Positions 33,892-48,400 of a stretch of DNA of 64,000 bases are shown piece after piece. Every line of letters begins with the position of its first letter. Positions within the stretch are counted from its first letter, which is position 1. Source of the stretch: Ylistrum balloti (Eukaryota); assembly GCF_031769215.1 (NCBI RefSeq), contig NW_026782651.1:620001-684000 (forward strand). Reading direction: 5' to 3'. The position numbers were made by a program, and so were the translations under genes. The notes below the pieces were generated by a model that saw only the letters and a program-made list of their open reading frames with translations, did not search any database and was not told the DNA's origin.

Positions 33892-36800
33892 TCACTGAGT
33901 TCTCAGCTGATAGTCTCCATTCTGTGTGATGTATCGCACCCATGGCAGCGCCTGGTATCCGCTCTTTTCAATAATCTTCAAATACCTCACCTTTAAATGA
34001 GAAGTAGATGATAACTTTTATCTAGTGAAACTAGTGAACGCTCCCTGCAAATTATCACAAATCTATAAATGACCCCGGTGACATGAAATGATCTGAAGTT
34101 TTGTTATAGTTGAACTTTGAATAAATTTTATCAAATTTTAAAAAACACACTGTTTAATGTTCACCAGATTACACCAACCTGAATGCCTGACACAGTGAAG
34201 TATGGAATCTCGAATTTTACATGGATAGGTGGTTTCCCTTCGGTCTCCTCAGCCTGCACACTAGGCAGTCCAAAGTGAGCTCGCATCAGGTATTCTTTTC
34301 CTCCCTGAAATAAAAATGTTGTTTCATTGTAGTATCCATGAACAATTTAAATAAACTATTAATACATTCAATTGTATTTATCGGAAAATAAAGATTTTTG
34401 AATTTTTCAAGATTATTACAATGGTGCAGAGAAGGAATGTGCATCAAGGACAGAACCCTTGGGATTTCATAAATGATTCTATTACAGACCAAAAACTTAC
34501 AGGAAATGACTTAATTGTCCAAATCACTGCATTTAAATCCGGGGCATATTTGCAGTTTCCAACGGTGGTTTTGAACTTCGGACTGTCAGCATCCCGTGGT
34601 ACAGGTATAATAATCTCCACATTGTTAGCAGTGGACCGTCTTTTAAACTGGCTTTTAGCCTGGAAAACATGTCATAATGCTTATCTATAACTAAGCTCTG
34701 ACAAATCCCTGTGTAGTATAAGGCTGCTTGTGTTTGTATATTATTAAATCATCAATTATCTACATATTTTTCTGACAGAGAATTTCAATTTCCCAGCTCA
34801 ATGTCTGGAAGAAGATTTTGTCTTTATGCAATAAACTTAGTTGGTTAAAGATTCAAAAGTGAAATGTTAAAGATGAAGTACAACATGGAATATGTATTGT
34901 ATCCCCCTGAGTTTGTACTAAGTAGTAGTAATTACCTTGATCATGTATTCAACACGACTATGTACATGCCTTTCTATCACAGATTCAACCCAGATCAATG
35001 GCTTCACCTGAAACAAATTGTACTTTAATTAACAAAGCTTTTCTTTTACATTCTTTTGTGTGGGTAAATAGTGGTGTCAGTAATTTTCAAGGGGGGTGGA
35101 GATGGGTGGTTATTTTCCATGACTTTGTTGGTCCTCTAAATCCACAAGTTTACATTTCCATGAATTGATAGACAGATCAATGTTATTAATATACTAGTAA
35201 ATTTTGCTAGCAAGATTCATCTACAAATTCAGGTGCAAATCAAAATGTAAACATTTTTTTGGAAAACCACGAAATTTGAGCCTCATGAAAACATGACTGA
35301 ACAGCAAAGTATATCGCATACCTTATCTGTCATCAATCAGTTTAATAACAACCATTACACATTTTTTTGTACTTACACTTTTTATATGACATAGGGGAAC
35401 TATGAGATGATGAATGGTTCCACTTTGACTTCATAAATTCATGACATCATATTCATTGTGATGTCATCAAAGAAATGGATATAGAGTGAGAATAATGCCA
35501 ATTTAGATTGTGTCTTAGCCCAATAAAATGCGGGAATGTTTGCACATGTATAAAAGCTTCATGATAAACAGAATTCAACATTCATTTCTTTGTCATATGT
35601 GACTACTGCAACTCTATATACAATACTGCAATATAAAATCTTTTTGTGGGGATAAATTTCCATAGTCTTCCAAAAAAATTATAAATTGTGGACACCTAAT
35701 TTTGTGGATAAATGTAGCTCATTAACTTGACTTAGACAAAATCAATGAAAATAAAACTCCCACGAAAATGAAGGATTTTACAGAATATCAATTGAAACGG
35801 TCAGTACTTACATGAGTAGTTAGTCGGTAAGACATGAGTTCAAACTCGCCGTCTGGAGGAATGAAAGAAATTGTCCGGTCATTCTCAAACCTTGGCAGCC
35901 GAACACACTGGTGAAATTTGACATCCTCCAGTTCTACGGATTTGCTCTTTCCTCCTTTATAAAAATCACAACAGGGTGTGTGAACATCATAATAATATCC
36001 TTTAAAAATAAATAGCTCTCAATGGCAGTTCATCGGTCAGGTACACAAATGTGACTTTGTCACACTACATAATAAATTTATAATTGTAAAACTGACATTT
36101 TCAGAATTACATGGAGATATTATAACTCATTACACACAGAAATAAATTGGTTTATCTGCAAAGCATAAAAATGGGGGGAAATTATTACAAAAATAACTGT
36201 GAACTACTTATTTCGCATTGGTCAAAGGTCATTCTGTCAGCCAACAAAAACATATAAGCGTTACACCACTGTGGTATGACAATAATGTTTATACAACAGT
36301 TGGAATGATGAATTGATGCTTTGGGAGTTGAAGTACATCCATCTTAAAGTGTAGAAATTACGTTTAAGGCTTGTAAGACTTCAATTTAACAGAGGTAGTA
36401 AGTGTGCTTGATCAAGAATTTTTTTATCTATATGAATACACAAGTAAACATTTCATGTCTCCCTACTCTGTAAGGGCACTGCAAACAATCTTCTCAAAAA
36501 TACTTACTCCCTGTACTTTCAAACAGAACTTTGTCATTCAGACCCAGACGGAGTTCTGGCATACCAGACAGGTACACTCTCATCTTGATGGCTCCCACTA
36601 TTTCGCTGCGAAGTACATTCCCGTTCGCACTCACCTGTTATCATAATTATAAACAACACTGTATGAACTTATCTCCTGACGACATTAGGAAATGAACAAC
36701 TCCTCCCTGAGGGGATTTAGTGGAGTTTACATTTCAAATTTGTTGTTAATTGTGTAAAAACATTCTCTAAAAGACATTTTAAGTACTAAGACAGTCACAA

Positions 36801-39647
36801 TATAGTTTAAGAATAAATAACTAAATGTTTGCCTTGTGAGATAATCTTTTGGTGTGAGACAGAAACTGAAGCTTCCAAATCAATAAGATCAAACTTATGT
36901 TCATTGCTTTAAAAAAGTTTCTTCATCAATGAGAAGTCATAGTGTAGGAGCACAATATCAATCAATCAGAAAGGTTATTTTTCATCAAATTATTTGTCTT
37001 TATCAACAAATTACTGATATGAAAATAAACTTGTCAGTTTCATTTACCACATAACTGTAAATATTGATCAAATCTTAGTAAATATCGATAAGTATTCAAA
37101 CATCAATTACATAATGCAAGGAAAGGGAATCTAATTTTGTTTTGTAATGCAGCTTTTGAAAGGCACATTGGTTATATCCATATTGCATGAAACCAAGAAT
37201 ATAACATTACATTTTGAAATTCTTCAAACATATTATGGATGCCAGTGTGCAAAATGAAACATTTTTCATTAAGTGACACAAGTGGTTTTCTTTCTCCTGC
37301 TCACTGGAGTACCACCTACCAGGAGGTTCACAGACTCAATCACGTCCAGAAAGACTTCATTTTTCCTGTATTTGATCTTGTCTGATCGCCAGGATACAGC
37401 ATTAGTCACCGCCATAGGCGGTCTTGGTGCAATCTCAAGTTTGTGGCTGTCTTGTGTTATATACCTATAGAAACATAAACAATGTCAGATATATGTTGAT
37501 AAAATCATTTTGAAATATCAATTTCTGAATGTTCATCATGTCATATCATATCCTTAATTCTCATGGAGGATTTATTTTTGCTAAATTTGCGAGTACTTTG
37601 AATCTAGGAATTTATACATGTGTATGAAATGATGAACAGATAAATGTTGTATGAAATGATGAACAGATAAATGTTGTATGAAATGATGAACAGATAAATG
37701 TTGTATGAAATGATGAACAGATAAATGTTGTATGAAATGATGAACAGATAAATGTTGGATTGTAGAACTTGTAGGTTGAGTGAGGGAGATTTATCAACCA
37801 CGATGGATGTTGTGGGAGACCACAAAATTTTAGCCCCATGATTTTACAGTAATTGAAACCATATTTAGTTTGGTTTTCAATTTCTTCCTTTCCCACAAAA
37901 ATCGTAGCAAACAAGCTATCAAGGAAAGTGATTTAAAATCTATTTTAAAACCATTGATCCTGTGGACAAGGTCTTTATCTGAAACATAGATCTAAATCTA
38001 TACTAAGATTTTTGTATCACAAGTAGAAGGGCAAATCCATAAGTATCCTTTCTGATTTTATTCTGTTCATTTGCATTACCTATAACAAAAATATGAAGAC
38101 CAATGAAATCACAGCACACCAATGAAATAAAATATTGGTTTTGTTGAAATTCCAGCCCAGGAAATATACTGGTAAAGATATGACCTTTCTATTTAATTTT
38201 GACCTTCAAAAAGAGAGAAATCAGAAAATAATTACCAGTTCTATTACTATTCAGTCTCAGTTCTTATGATATTATATTAACTGCTTTCATAGAGGCAATA
38301 GATTTTTACATAACCTATTCACAAAATATAACCAGTATTTTATAAGAGTTGTTCAGATGCCTAAGGGCAACACAACAGCCTACAGGCCTAACTTACTCCT
38401 GTAATATCTTGCTGTCTGTGGTCTGTGGAAAGCCAAAGTCCATAACTTCATCTAACAATTCATAAATCAACACAAAGTTGTCTCGTATACTCTCCTCCTC
38501 CATCTCTTTAAAGTATTCAAGGAAAATCTGAAATTGTAAAATATACATATTTAGTATAATAGCATTAGTTACCAAATACTGTATTGAATTACCTCCCTTC
38601 TATGGTTTCAACTTGATAACATATTTACCTGGCTTCTTTCAATCATTGTATGTCCTTTTACTGAGTAAAACAACTTGTTGTGCTGTCATTTTCCAAGAGA
38701 GGTTTTACAATATCACATCAAAATATCACATGGACATTATCTCAATTTTTCTTTCGTTTTAAACACATATACATTTAAGTATTGCTATGAAAGCAATGAA
38801 ATGATGACTACTAGGTATCTCTGCTATATAAAATTAAGAACACAAAATCTTCTGCACCTTATTTTAGAGTGTATTTTTCTGATTTCAATATCTGTTGAAT
38901 GAGGAGTGACATAACAATATCACACATTTTACCTGTACAAGTTTGTGGAGAAAGGAAAAGACCAGAGCAATATTTGCATTCTTCTTGGTAGTCGCCACTA
39001 GATACAAATTACTGTATTTGATGTAGACAAAGGTGACATCGCCGTGCTGCACAATAGGAGAGACATTCCCATCATCCTCAACTTCTAACACAAGGGGCAT
39101 GAACTTGTCAATTACTGACATGTCAATATCCCCGCGGTAATTACGGCATACCAGCACCTAAGGTTCAACAGAAAAATTAATTTTGAAGAAACTTTACAAA
39201 AACAAAACACATGTACAAATATTGTAAAATACTTGTATTTCAAACCAAATCATAAAATTATACAGCAGTAAAAACTAAATTAGATATAATGGCATATTGT
39301 ATAATCATCAAAGTTCAGCAAAAAATGTTGTTCTAGAACTTCTAATGTAAATCTCAAGACCATTATCTTAAACAAACTTGAAGAAAAAGTAACTCTGGGT
39401 ATTAGGTCACAAAGTGCCTTATTGCCTCACAAGCAATATACTTATTCCCGATCTAATTATTGAAATATCATAATGTATGCTACATGGAATTGGATTTCCC
39501 AGAAAAAATAATAAATTCATAGAATTTTACAAATCCTTAAAAATCCTCATTGAAAATCCACAAAGATTGCCACAACCTTTTTAAGAGCAGTAACAATGAA
39601 CTTACCTTGCCCTTGACATCCAACAGGTACACTGCGGATGCTGACAT
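33892..39647 (-). CDS. AP1M1: AP-1 adaptor complex subunit mu, 422 aa; complement(join(39606..39647,38933..39157,38397..38527,37320..37464,36508..36634,35812..35954,34936..35007,34501..34659,34179..34304,33892..33990))
   Basis: Ten GT-AG exons total 1269 nt in frame, from [24 protein letters not shown] through [46 protein letters not shown] and [19 protein letters not shown] to [23 protein letters not shown]. Confidence 0.98.
37620..37756. repeat. 27-bp tandem repeat in an AP1M1 intron
   Basis: TGTATGAAATGATGAACAGATAAATGT x5. Confidence 0.95.
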
Positions 39648-39987
39648 TGTGCAGGGTTTCAAATTATCAAAATTCTGTCAAGACTGAAACAAATTATAGG
39701 AAAGAGAATAAAAAAAAATGGCTGTAGATATAAATCATATGAGCTCTACAAAGAAAATTAACACGTAATACATTAGTAAACAAGATATTCAATCAAAGTC
39801 ATTTTGACTGGAACCCACTGATACAAAATTAGCAATAGCAGATTCTTTTTTTATCGACTAAAACTCTTCAATTTCTTCATTTATATTTTAACGTTGCTCT
39901 TACATGAAAAACAGCAAAGACCTAAAATATAGTAGAAAAAAGAAAGCGGAAATGTAGCAGATCAGGACTGGGTCAATCATTATCGAT

Positions 39988-40065
39988 CAGGTAGCTCAAT
40001 TGGTAAAGCATCTGTCTAAAGTTTGGAGGGTCATAGGTTTGAGGTTTGATTTGATTGTGGAGCAA
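39988..40065 (+). mobile_element. Degenerate tRNA-derived SINE-like head
   Basis: A-box-like GGTAGCTCAATTGGTAAAGCA followed by a decayed B-box-like GGTTTGAG; no cloverleaf. Confidence 0.35.
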
Positions 40066-41139
40066 ATTTTAGGCCTGAGCTAAGCTCTACACCTATAACA
40101 CACGTAAGACAATGTTCATTCATGTCTAGGATGAGAGGTTCCAGGGATTGATCCATAACAAAAAGAATTATTTTGGAAATAAAAGACATGGAGCATCTGG
40201 AAGTGAAAAGCATGGATCTTGTGCATTCTGCACTTTACTTGTTGCTTATGTCAATCAAAACATATTTTTGCTTTCCTGAATTGTTTGACTTACTTTTAAT
40301 TGTTACTAAACATAAAGATGTTTTGACCTTGTTGAAATTAGCACAAATCATCAATATCACAATAAATGTGCAATTGATCACTTGCTGTAGCACGCCATTT
40401 CTTAAAGCACAAATCAGTTAAGCAATATCTATTGGTGTTTTATATTTTCTTGGTCTTGGTACTTTCCATTAAGAATTCAACCTAGAATGTCCTCGTAGCA
40501 CATAAGCTTTGCTCTTTCGAGTCAGCACTGCGCTCATATTTGATCCTGATATTAATGGACAAATGTAATCACCCCCCCTCCTCACCAAACACACACATAC
40601 ACACACAATGAGCGAGTAGTCTACTAACTTTTAAACATCAAGATTTATTTGTAAGATAGCATATTTAAGCACAATTATATCACTGATATTATTAGGGTAT
40701 CATAATTTGAAATATCCGGATATTATGAAAAGAGTACTGTATGTATGTTCAGCTTTCATCAGTTCATAGCTTCATTGACTAGCGAAACCGATATCATAAA
40801 CAAGCATATGCCATTTCTGGCGCAGTTTGAGAACCAGGGTCCAAAATGTAACAACGTGGACACAATTACGTTTCTTTACATTCACCGAGAATGTTTTATA
40901 TCACCTGCTAAACTAATTACCTGTTTTTTTGCAGTGTGGGATGTGGCCGGTGTGATGTATGCAGGAAGTTGATATTAATTATACCCACAATCCCCAATTT
41001 CAACACGGTCTCTTCTCCAGTGAAATTTTGCTAGCATATAAATTCAAGATTTTCCTAATGTCAATGTATTTCTTACCAGTGGATTGAATGAAATAATATT
41101 ATCATTTATATTTTTAGATTATGACAAATTGGGTAAATA

Positions 41140-41320
41140 CATCTGTTACCATTTTGCAAACGGTCGTACCACCGGATAAGGAAGTCGTTCTGAAAATCAT
41201 GCGCATTGTGTCGTCGCGAAGAGAAACAAATGGCGCCCGAGAACTGTCAATAAGCCATTTGCTTTCCAGTGTCTGAGTGTTAGGGGACGCATAGCTGTCT
41301 TTCATTCGAAGGATTTAACA
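41140..41320. promoter_or_regulatory. Probable promoter core between the divergent AP1M1 and UBE2U genes
   Basis: CpG-enriched patch in AT-rich DNA between head-to-head genes, with a YY1-like AAATGGCG at ~41228-41235. Confidence 0.4.
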
Positions 41321-42479
41321 CACTAGACTGATCTATCATTTACTATAAAATAAGCAAATCCGAGACGGTAGTTTATAAAGAGACAGTAAGTACACAGTGC
41401 TCTTTAGGCCTAGTAATCTTTCCATCTTCAGTCTGATTCTATAACAAAAAAGGCCGCTGGTCTTTCTTTCAAATTAAACAAGATTATGAAAATAAATAAA
41501 CTGAGACATCAAAAAACAGCTTTCGACTAGATAAGATTCTAATATTAGAGGAAGTTTATATATATATATAAACAGTAGTTCATAAAGCGACACATAGTAC
41601 AGGGTGCTCGCTGCTCTGGAAAAGCAACTCGCCATTTCTGGTTCTGAATATGTTTGCTTGTAGATTACACTACATGAAATAATCATATGAATGGACTGCA
41701 CATATCTCTTTGTAATCTAAGAAATTAATAAATACGAGTTTGATTTTAATTTTCAGAGATTGTGGAAATAGCTATCAAAAGCAAAATGTGATATGGGAAA
41801 GTTCAAGTTTAGATTTATAGTGTAGGAGCATTATCATTAGCATACAACAATATATATATCAATCCTATATCAATCAGAAAAGATTATGGTGTTGAAGTTG
41901 AGATTATAGGTCCCTTACTAGCCTCTACTGGTGGGAATATTCTTTAACTGGATTAGTAGATTGACTGGCTAGAGACCAGCAGTAGCCAGCAGTGGCAGGA
42001 TGTTTTTCATTACTCCATGCTATTACAACTTTGGTGTTGTTGACCACTCCAAGGGTAGAAGCTATAGGAGATTGAGATATTGAGCCTGTTGTTGTTGTCT
42101 TTGAGATTGAAGACTTTGTGAAGGAGGTAGTAATTTAGAAGTTGAAAGAACAGATTGCCTTACTAGCATCATCTTGTTGGTATGGAGAATTTCTCTTTAG
42201 TTGAGTAGTAGAGTCTGACTAGAGACCAAAGGGTTGCTAGTTTGAAACCTGCCGGGGGAGGATGTTTTCATTACTCCTTCCTATTACAGTTGAAATAAAT
42301 GGACTAATCCATCAAACAATAGATTTACAAGCAGGTAATTCTAAGAATAGAGAGAGAAAAAAAAAAGATTTTATGAAAACATGATATGAACCAACAGTGT
42401 ATGATGAAGTGGAAGCAGCTGATATTGAACAAGTTATACAAGTGCCAATTCCAGATTTTCTTCACTCTTCATTTCAGAA

Positions 42480-45400
42480 ATGTTTTCCAGGGCACATTTG
42501 CTAATAGAACGAGAATATGAAAAACTTTGTGAAGCCCCACCTTGGGTAAGTATATTCGTTGGTTGCAACTTTTCTATAAAATACCCTTCAGTGTCATTTT
42601 CCCTTTATTTACTGTTGAACATTGTTGTCTTAAAGTTGGTGGCACTGTGAGAAAACTTCAAGTTATCCAAGTTTTCTGTTTAAGTCATTTTAAATGTTTG
42701 ATGTGAAGTTTGGTCTGGACTGATGAAATTTAACAGGTCTTCGAGTTATAGGAGTTTGAGGTAATGAGGTTCAGTTGATATTTTGTCATGTACTGGTATT
42801 AAGATGGATGGGTGAGACTGTACCCTGTGATATTGATGTTATCATGCTACAAACCTCGAGCAAAAATGTGATCGCTGTCTGAAAAGGAATGTCTTGATGT
42901 TATAATGATATGTACCTTGTCGGCAGGAGTGTATTAAGAAAACCTTGTGATATTTGAGTATTCAGTTTCAATGGTTTTAAATGTTTAGTATGAAGTTAGG
43001 CTATGACTATCAAAATACTTCAATCAAACAAAGTCTTCAAGTTATATGAGTTTAAAATTAAGAGGCTCATCTATATATAGAAAATAAACTGTGTTAATTG
43101 TTACTTTGACAATTTGTAAATGTTTTATAAAGACCACACATGATGTCTGTTACAGGGAATAGAAGCCAGACCACTAAAAGATGACAACATATTTGAATGG
43201 GCAGCCAAAATTAAAGGTTTAAAGAACACATTATGGCAAGGTTGGTACCTCAATCCTTAAAAATATCATCATCAATGGACAAACCCACAAAAAACAAGTT
43301 AGACTTTAAATTAAGATATACTCCTTTATTATGTAAAGTTGATTCATCATTTTTAGGAATTTCTATGAATTATGTACAAAGCACTTTCTTTCAATATTGG
43401 TTTGCATTCTTGGAGTACCTTTAGATACTCATATGACCCTGGTTGTGAGGATGATAAAAACTGTAAAAGACACAAATGTTTTAAAGATCATAATGATTTA
43501 ATTGCTTCATTGCTAACTTTATATTTTGTTGATCATAAACAATACATCTGTATATCTCTACATAATTCTTATCCTGATATTAATCAGAAAGTAACATTTA
43601 TTAATGTGACATTAAGTGGTTTCCACTGTATTTTTGCATATTTCCTTAATTTAGGTGGCATATTTCGTGTGTATGTGAAGTTTGATGAGCACTTTAGCCA
43701 AAAACCTCCTGAAATCTGTTTCCACACCATTCCGTTTCATCCTAATGGTAAGTAAATATCTTTAAAACCTTATATCTATATATGTTTGTAGGAACAAGCC
43801 AATATTTTAAGATATTTATGGGTACCTGGTGGATGTACTACTACTAAATGGGAAACATGTCTCATGTTTTCTGTAGCTTGTAATCATCAAATTTTAGGTT
43901 TAAGTATCTTACTCTTGTGGGGGAGTATCCCTATTGAAACTGTCTGTTTGCTGGCTTTGTTTTCACTTAATACAGAGTTTTCCCTTTTTCCCATAAAATC
44001 CCAAAGTTCATACAAACAAATGTGCTTCAGTTTTCACCAAATCTGAAACACTAATGAGACTAAATATTTTCACATGTAGTAGATTGTGGATTACTCTTTA
44101 AAACATTGTATCCATGACCATATGAGCATTTACCAGTTGTTCAGTGGTACTAACACAGGAAAAAAGTGACAATTATAGAAATGTATATATCATTGTTTAT
44201 AAACATTAGTCTGCCTGATCAAGCTCTTTAGGCCAATGAAGACAGAAATATTAGTGTGTATGAATACTGGCATCCTCTTAACATGAATGGTACATTGCAT
44301 CTAAAAATAAAGAGTGAATTTGCATATAAGGTTATATATTTCGATGATATTTCAAATGATATTCAGTGTTTCAATGACATGCAGGAAACTTCCCAGCAAT
44401 TTGCTGGTTTGTTGCAGTATTGAACAGATTAAATATGTATATATAAACTTGATTCATTTCAGTGGATGAAATATGTATATATAGACTTGATTCATTTCAG
44501 TGGATAAAATATGTATATATAGACTTGATTCATTTCAGTGGATATGATTACTGGCCGTCCATGTATAGACTTCCTCGACGATCTTTCCAAGTGGAAGGAA
44601 TCCTACAGTTTATCATACATTCTCATCACTATACAGGTACAGATTCTCACCTTCTTTATCACTAGACCGGTACAGATTCTCACCTTCTTTATCACTATAC
44701 AGGTACAGATTCTCACCTTCTTTATCACTATAAAGGTACAGATTCTCACCTTCTTTATCACTAGACAGGTACAGATTCTCACCTTCTTTATCACTAGACA
44801 GGTACACATTATCACCTTCTTTATCACTAGACAGGTACACATTATCACCTTCTTTATCACTAGACAGGTACACATTATCACCTTCTTTATCACTAGACAG
44901 GTACACATTATCACCTTCTTTATCACTAGACAGGTACACAATATCACATTCTTTATCACTATAAAGATACATATTCTCACCTTCTTTATCACTATAAAGG
45001 TACACATTATCACCTTCTTTATCACTATAAAATCCCAAATTCCTTATCACAATACAAGTACAAATTCTCATCATCATTATCACTATAAAATCCCAACTCC
45101 CTTATCACAATACATGTACAAATTCTCATCATCACTATAAAATCCCAACTCCCTTATCACAATACAAGTACAAATTCTCATCATCTTGCTATAAAATCCC
45201 AACTCCCTTATCACAATACAGGTACAAATTCTCATCCATCTCAGCTTTATATTATATACAAGTGAATTTGTTCAGAAAATCTAAATATACATGTTATATA
45301 ATTCCTGTTAATAGATAAGTATACTTCTTTCAGAATTTCATATAATGCTGACATGAAATACTGGATTTCTTGACCAATCCTTTACAAATATGTCTTGATC

Positions 45401-48400
45401 TATTTTTATGTAAAGTTACATAAAGTTTTATCAGAAATGCATTTCCCTATCAGGAGTCATAGTTTATTTCAGTTATGTTTTCTCTGTATAAGCTACAGGC
45501 CAGGATGAAAATACAAAACAAAAACCTGGAAATATTGTAAAATATGATGGATTTATTTTGATTTTCACTGATCCAGGAATTTATTTGTCCACGATATGAT
45601 AAACAGATAAAAGTTGAGAGGGATAACAGTACTGGTGGCTGTTGTGATCAACATTTATCCACAAATTAGGTGTCAATCACAATGTTTATTTCTGTAAACC
45701 ATGAAATTTGAGCCACATGAAAAATGTATAATTTTACAGCATTACATACCTGCATTTGAGTATTGAATAAGAATAAATCAATTACTGGATAGAAAATCGG
45801 TAAACAGGTGTTTTACTACAATTGTGTAGTTAAAACTTACCTCGTTAGTGGGTAATTAGTGCTGTTTATCGTTCTGTTGTTAACTACCATATTATAGGTA
45901 ATTAGTCTACTATTGTGTGGTCATTGTTATTGTGCTGGATACATTTAGTTAAATACCTGTCAGTTTTTACCTGTTCTATCCCTGGATCTTATTAATTCAG
46001 ATTTAGCACATGCTATATCGTGAGTAGGTGTCATACCTCAAAGGTTTAGACTTCGTGTGTAGATTTTTTAAGTTCAACACAAAATGTCGCAATCCAGTTC
46101 AGTAAGTTCATCCTCTACCATGTATTATCAGGTAAGGCTTTACCAGTAGTACCCTGTACCTCAATCTTTTATTATGTAAGTACAGTTAATCATTATGATT
46201 TCCAAAACTGAAAAATCATCATGTTATTGTATTTTCATCAAGTTATTACTTGTTTCATAAACTTAGTTTTTTTCACTGAAAAAATTATTTCTCTCTGATT
46301 GTAATTCCCATTACTATCTTGAATGCTTCAACACTTTGACAGAATGTACTTGTAGTGACTATATATACCAACTATTTTAAACATGAACATATAACACAGA
46401 TTATCTCCCCTGTTTTAAAGATCTGATAATTTCAGTTTTTGAAATAAATTGAAATCTCTTTATTATACACTGTAGAGATAGAACATTCACCTGTAGGTCA
46501 GATTAAACAGTTTATCTGCATATTTAAAAGTTTTCTTAAAGAATGGATCAAATGACATTACAAAATAGTATGTTGGATAAGACAGAATGAACTGATTTGA
46601 TTTCATTATTTTCATGAAGAAAAAATTGAATGTGTGTAAAACATATTGCTTGAATAATTTGGGTTTGAGTTTGAAAATTTCAATATAACTAACATTTTAT
46701 TCTGTTTTTTTAGAATCTTTTAGCCAATCCAAACCTTATAAAACCTGTGAATCCAGAGGCTGCTGAGATGATAATACACTCTCCTCATGCTTACAAACAG
46801 ATGGTACTAGACTGTGTCGCCTCTAGTCAAAGGGTAGACGGTAGGTACCTAAAATACTGAGAACTGAGTTCTTACTTACTGTGTCGCCTCTAGTCAAAGG
46901 GTAGATGGTGGGTACCTAAAATACTGAGAACTGAGTTCTTACTTACTTTGACCTGTTGATAATCCAGTTTAGTTCTCACTAAAGTGTTATTCTAACCCTC
47001 CTGTCTGTATGCATGCCTCTTGGTCTGTCTGGATATCAATATAAAGGATCATATGTAGATGTGCATGCAAATTTTTTTTTTATCGCCTGCAAAATGCATT
47101 TTTGAGGGATATTAATTGAGGCTCTGTCCATTTGTCAATGTGTGTATGTGTATATGTGTACATGCATGCGTCAGTCCGTCCGTCCATCCATCCGGGGTTT
47201 TTCCAGGCTACAACTTCAAAACCATTAAACTCACAAAACTTGCTGAAACATAATAAAACAAATCACAAAATCAGTGTTTACTTTCCTTTCTAGGCTACAT
47301 CTTCAAAACCATTCCACTCAACTCAACAGAAGTTTCTTTATATATCAGATTAGTGCCCTAGCTGTGCCTTTTGCTATTGATGCCATTTCATTTTATATTT
47401 TTTTTGTTACCATGGAAACATTGTAAAAATACCTACAAAATTAATGTAAACTTTCCTTTCTGGGCTACAACTTCAAAACCATTCCTCTCAACTCCACAAA
47501 ACTTTCTGTATATATTAGGTTAGTGCCCTAGTTGTGACTTTGGTTATTGAGGACATTTTATTAGTTATCTTTTTTTTCTGTAACCATCAAAATTTTCAAT
47601 TTCTTTTGACTTCTTGTATCACTCCAGAGCTTAGAGAATGTTATATGAATTTGTCAAACACACAGGATCTACATAAAGATATAAACTCTTACTACAAGGT
47701 TGATATGTATATATATATATATATATAATGTTGAAGTCGAGGAGATGTAAGGAAATTTAATCGATAATTGACAAAAGAAGATGTTACAATTTGCACTAGT
47801 GCATTCACTGTATTAGATCTTCTTGGATAGTAGATGTATATAATTGAGTGATGTCACAAACTGTTATATACCTGGTATATCAGATTTGGGTTTAACACCA
47901 ATAGTTGGGTGCCAGGGATAATACCATCCTTTGTGGGTCATTGTTTTTTCCAAATTTTTTGTTATCATGGCAACTGAAGTTTTGCATTTGTGGGGGGTAT
48001 TAGTTATCCTCAGAGTGACATTCTTATTTTTTTGTTGTACAGCTGGTGTGACATCTCATCATGATATGGAATCAAGGGTGAGGTTCACCACCCCTGAGAA
48101 GATACCCACGAGACAGCCCACACAACGGACGGCAGGTTCTCGGATATCACGTCTGTCATTTGATGATTACCACACCACTTGGTGTGGCATTGCTACCTCT
48201 AAATCTACGCCAGAAATGAAAAATCCATGTAAGTTGACCTAGTGCTTATGAAGTGCAGATGTGATATTGGTCACTGACTTAATCTCACCAAGTGTTAATT
48301 CTTGGTAATGCAGCCATTTTGCCTATAGGGTATACTGGAGAGAGTTGGTACATGACCAGAATAGACCCATGACAAGTATACATTGTTTTTTTTATTTACT

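Noticed and set aside
36670-36700. CTGACGA-CATTAG-GAAA motif
   Set aside because: Stem II is a single base pair and there is no helix I or III; likely chance.
41114-41701. Two minus-strand ORFs between AP1M1 and UBE2U
   Set aside because: Short, no motifs, and in the probable promoter/5' UTR zone.
39988-42260. tRNA-like A/B boxes (also ~13980 and ~55850)
   Set aside because: No cloverleaf can be folded; treated as decayed SINE heads, not tRNA genes.
44538-45140. 200-aa ORF and the two antisense ORFs (44603..45025, 44613..45083)
   Set aside because: Only 44539-44636 is exon; the rest is translation of the 33-bp array.
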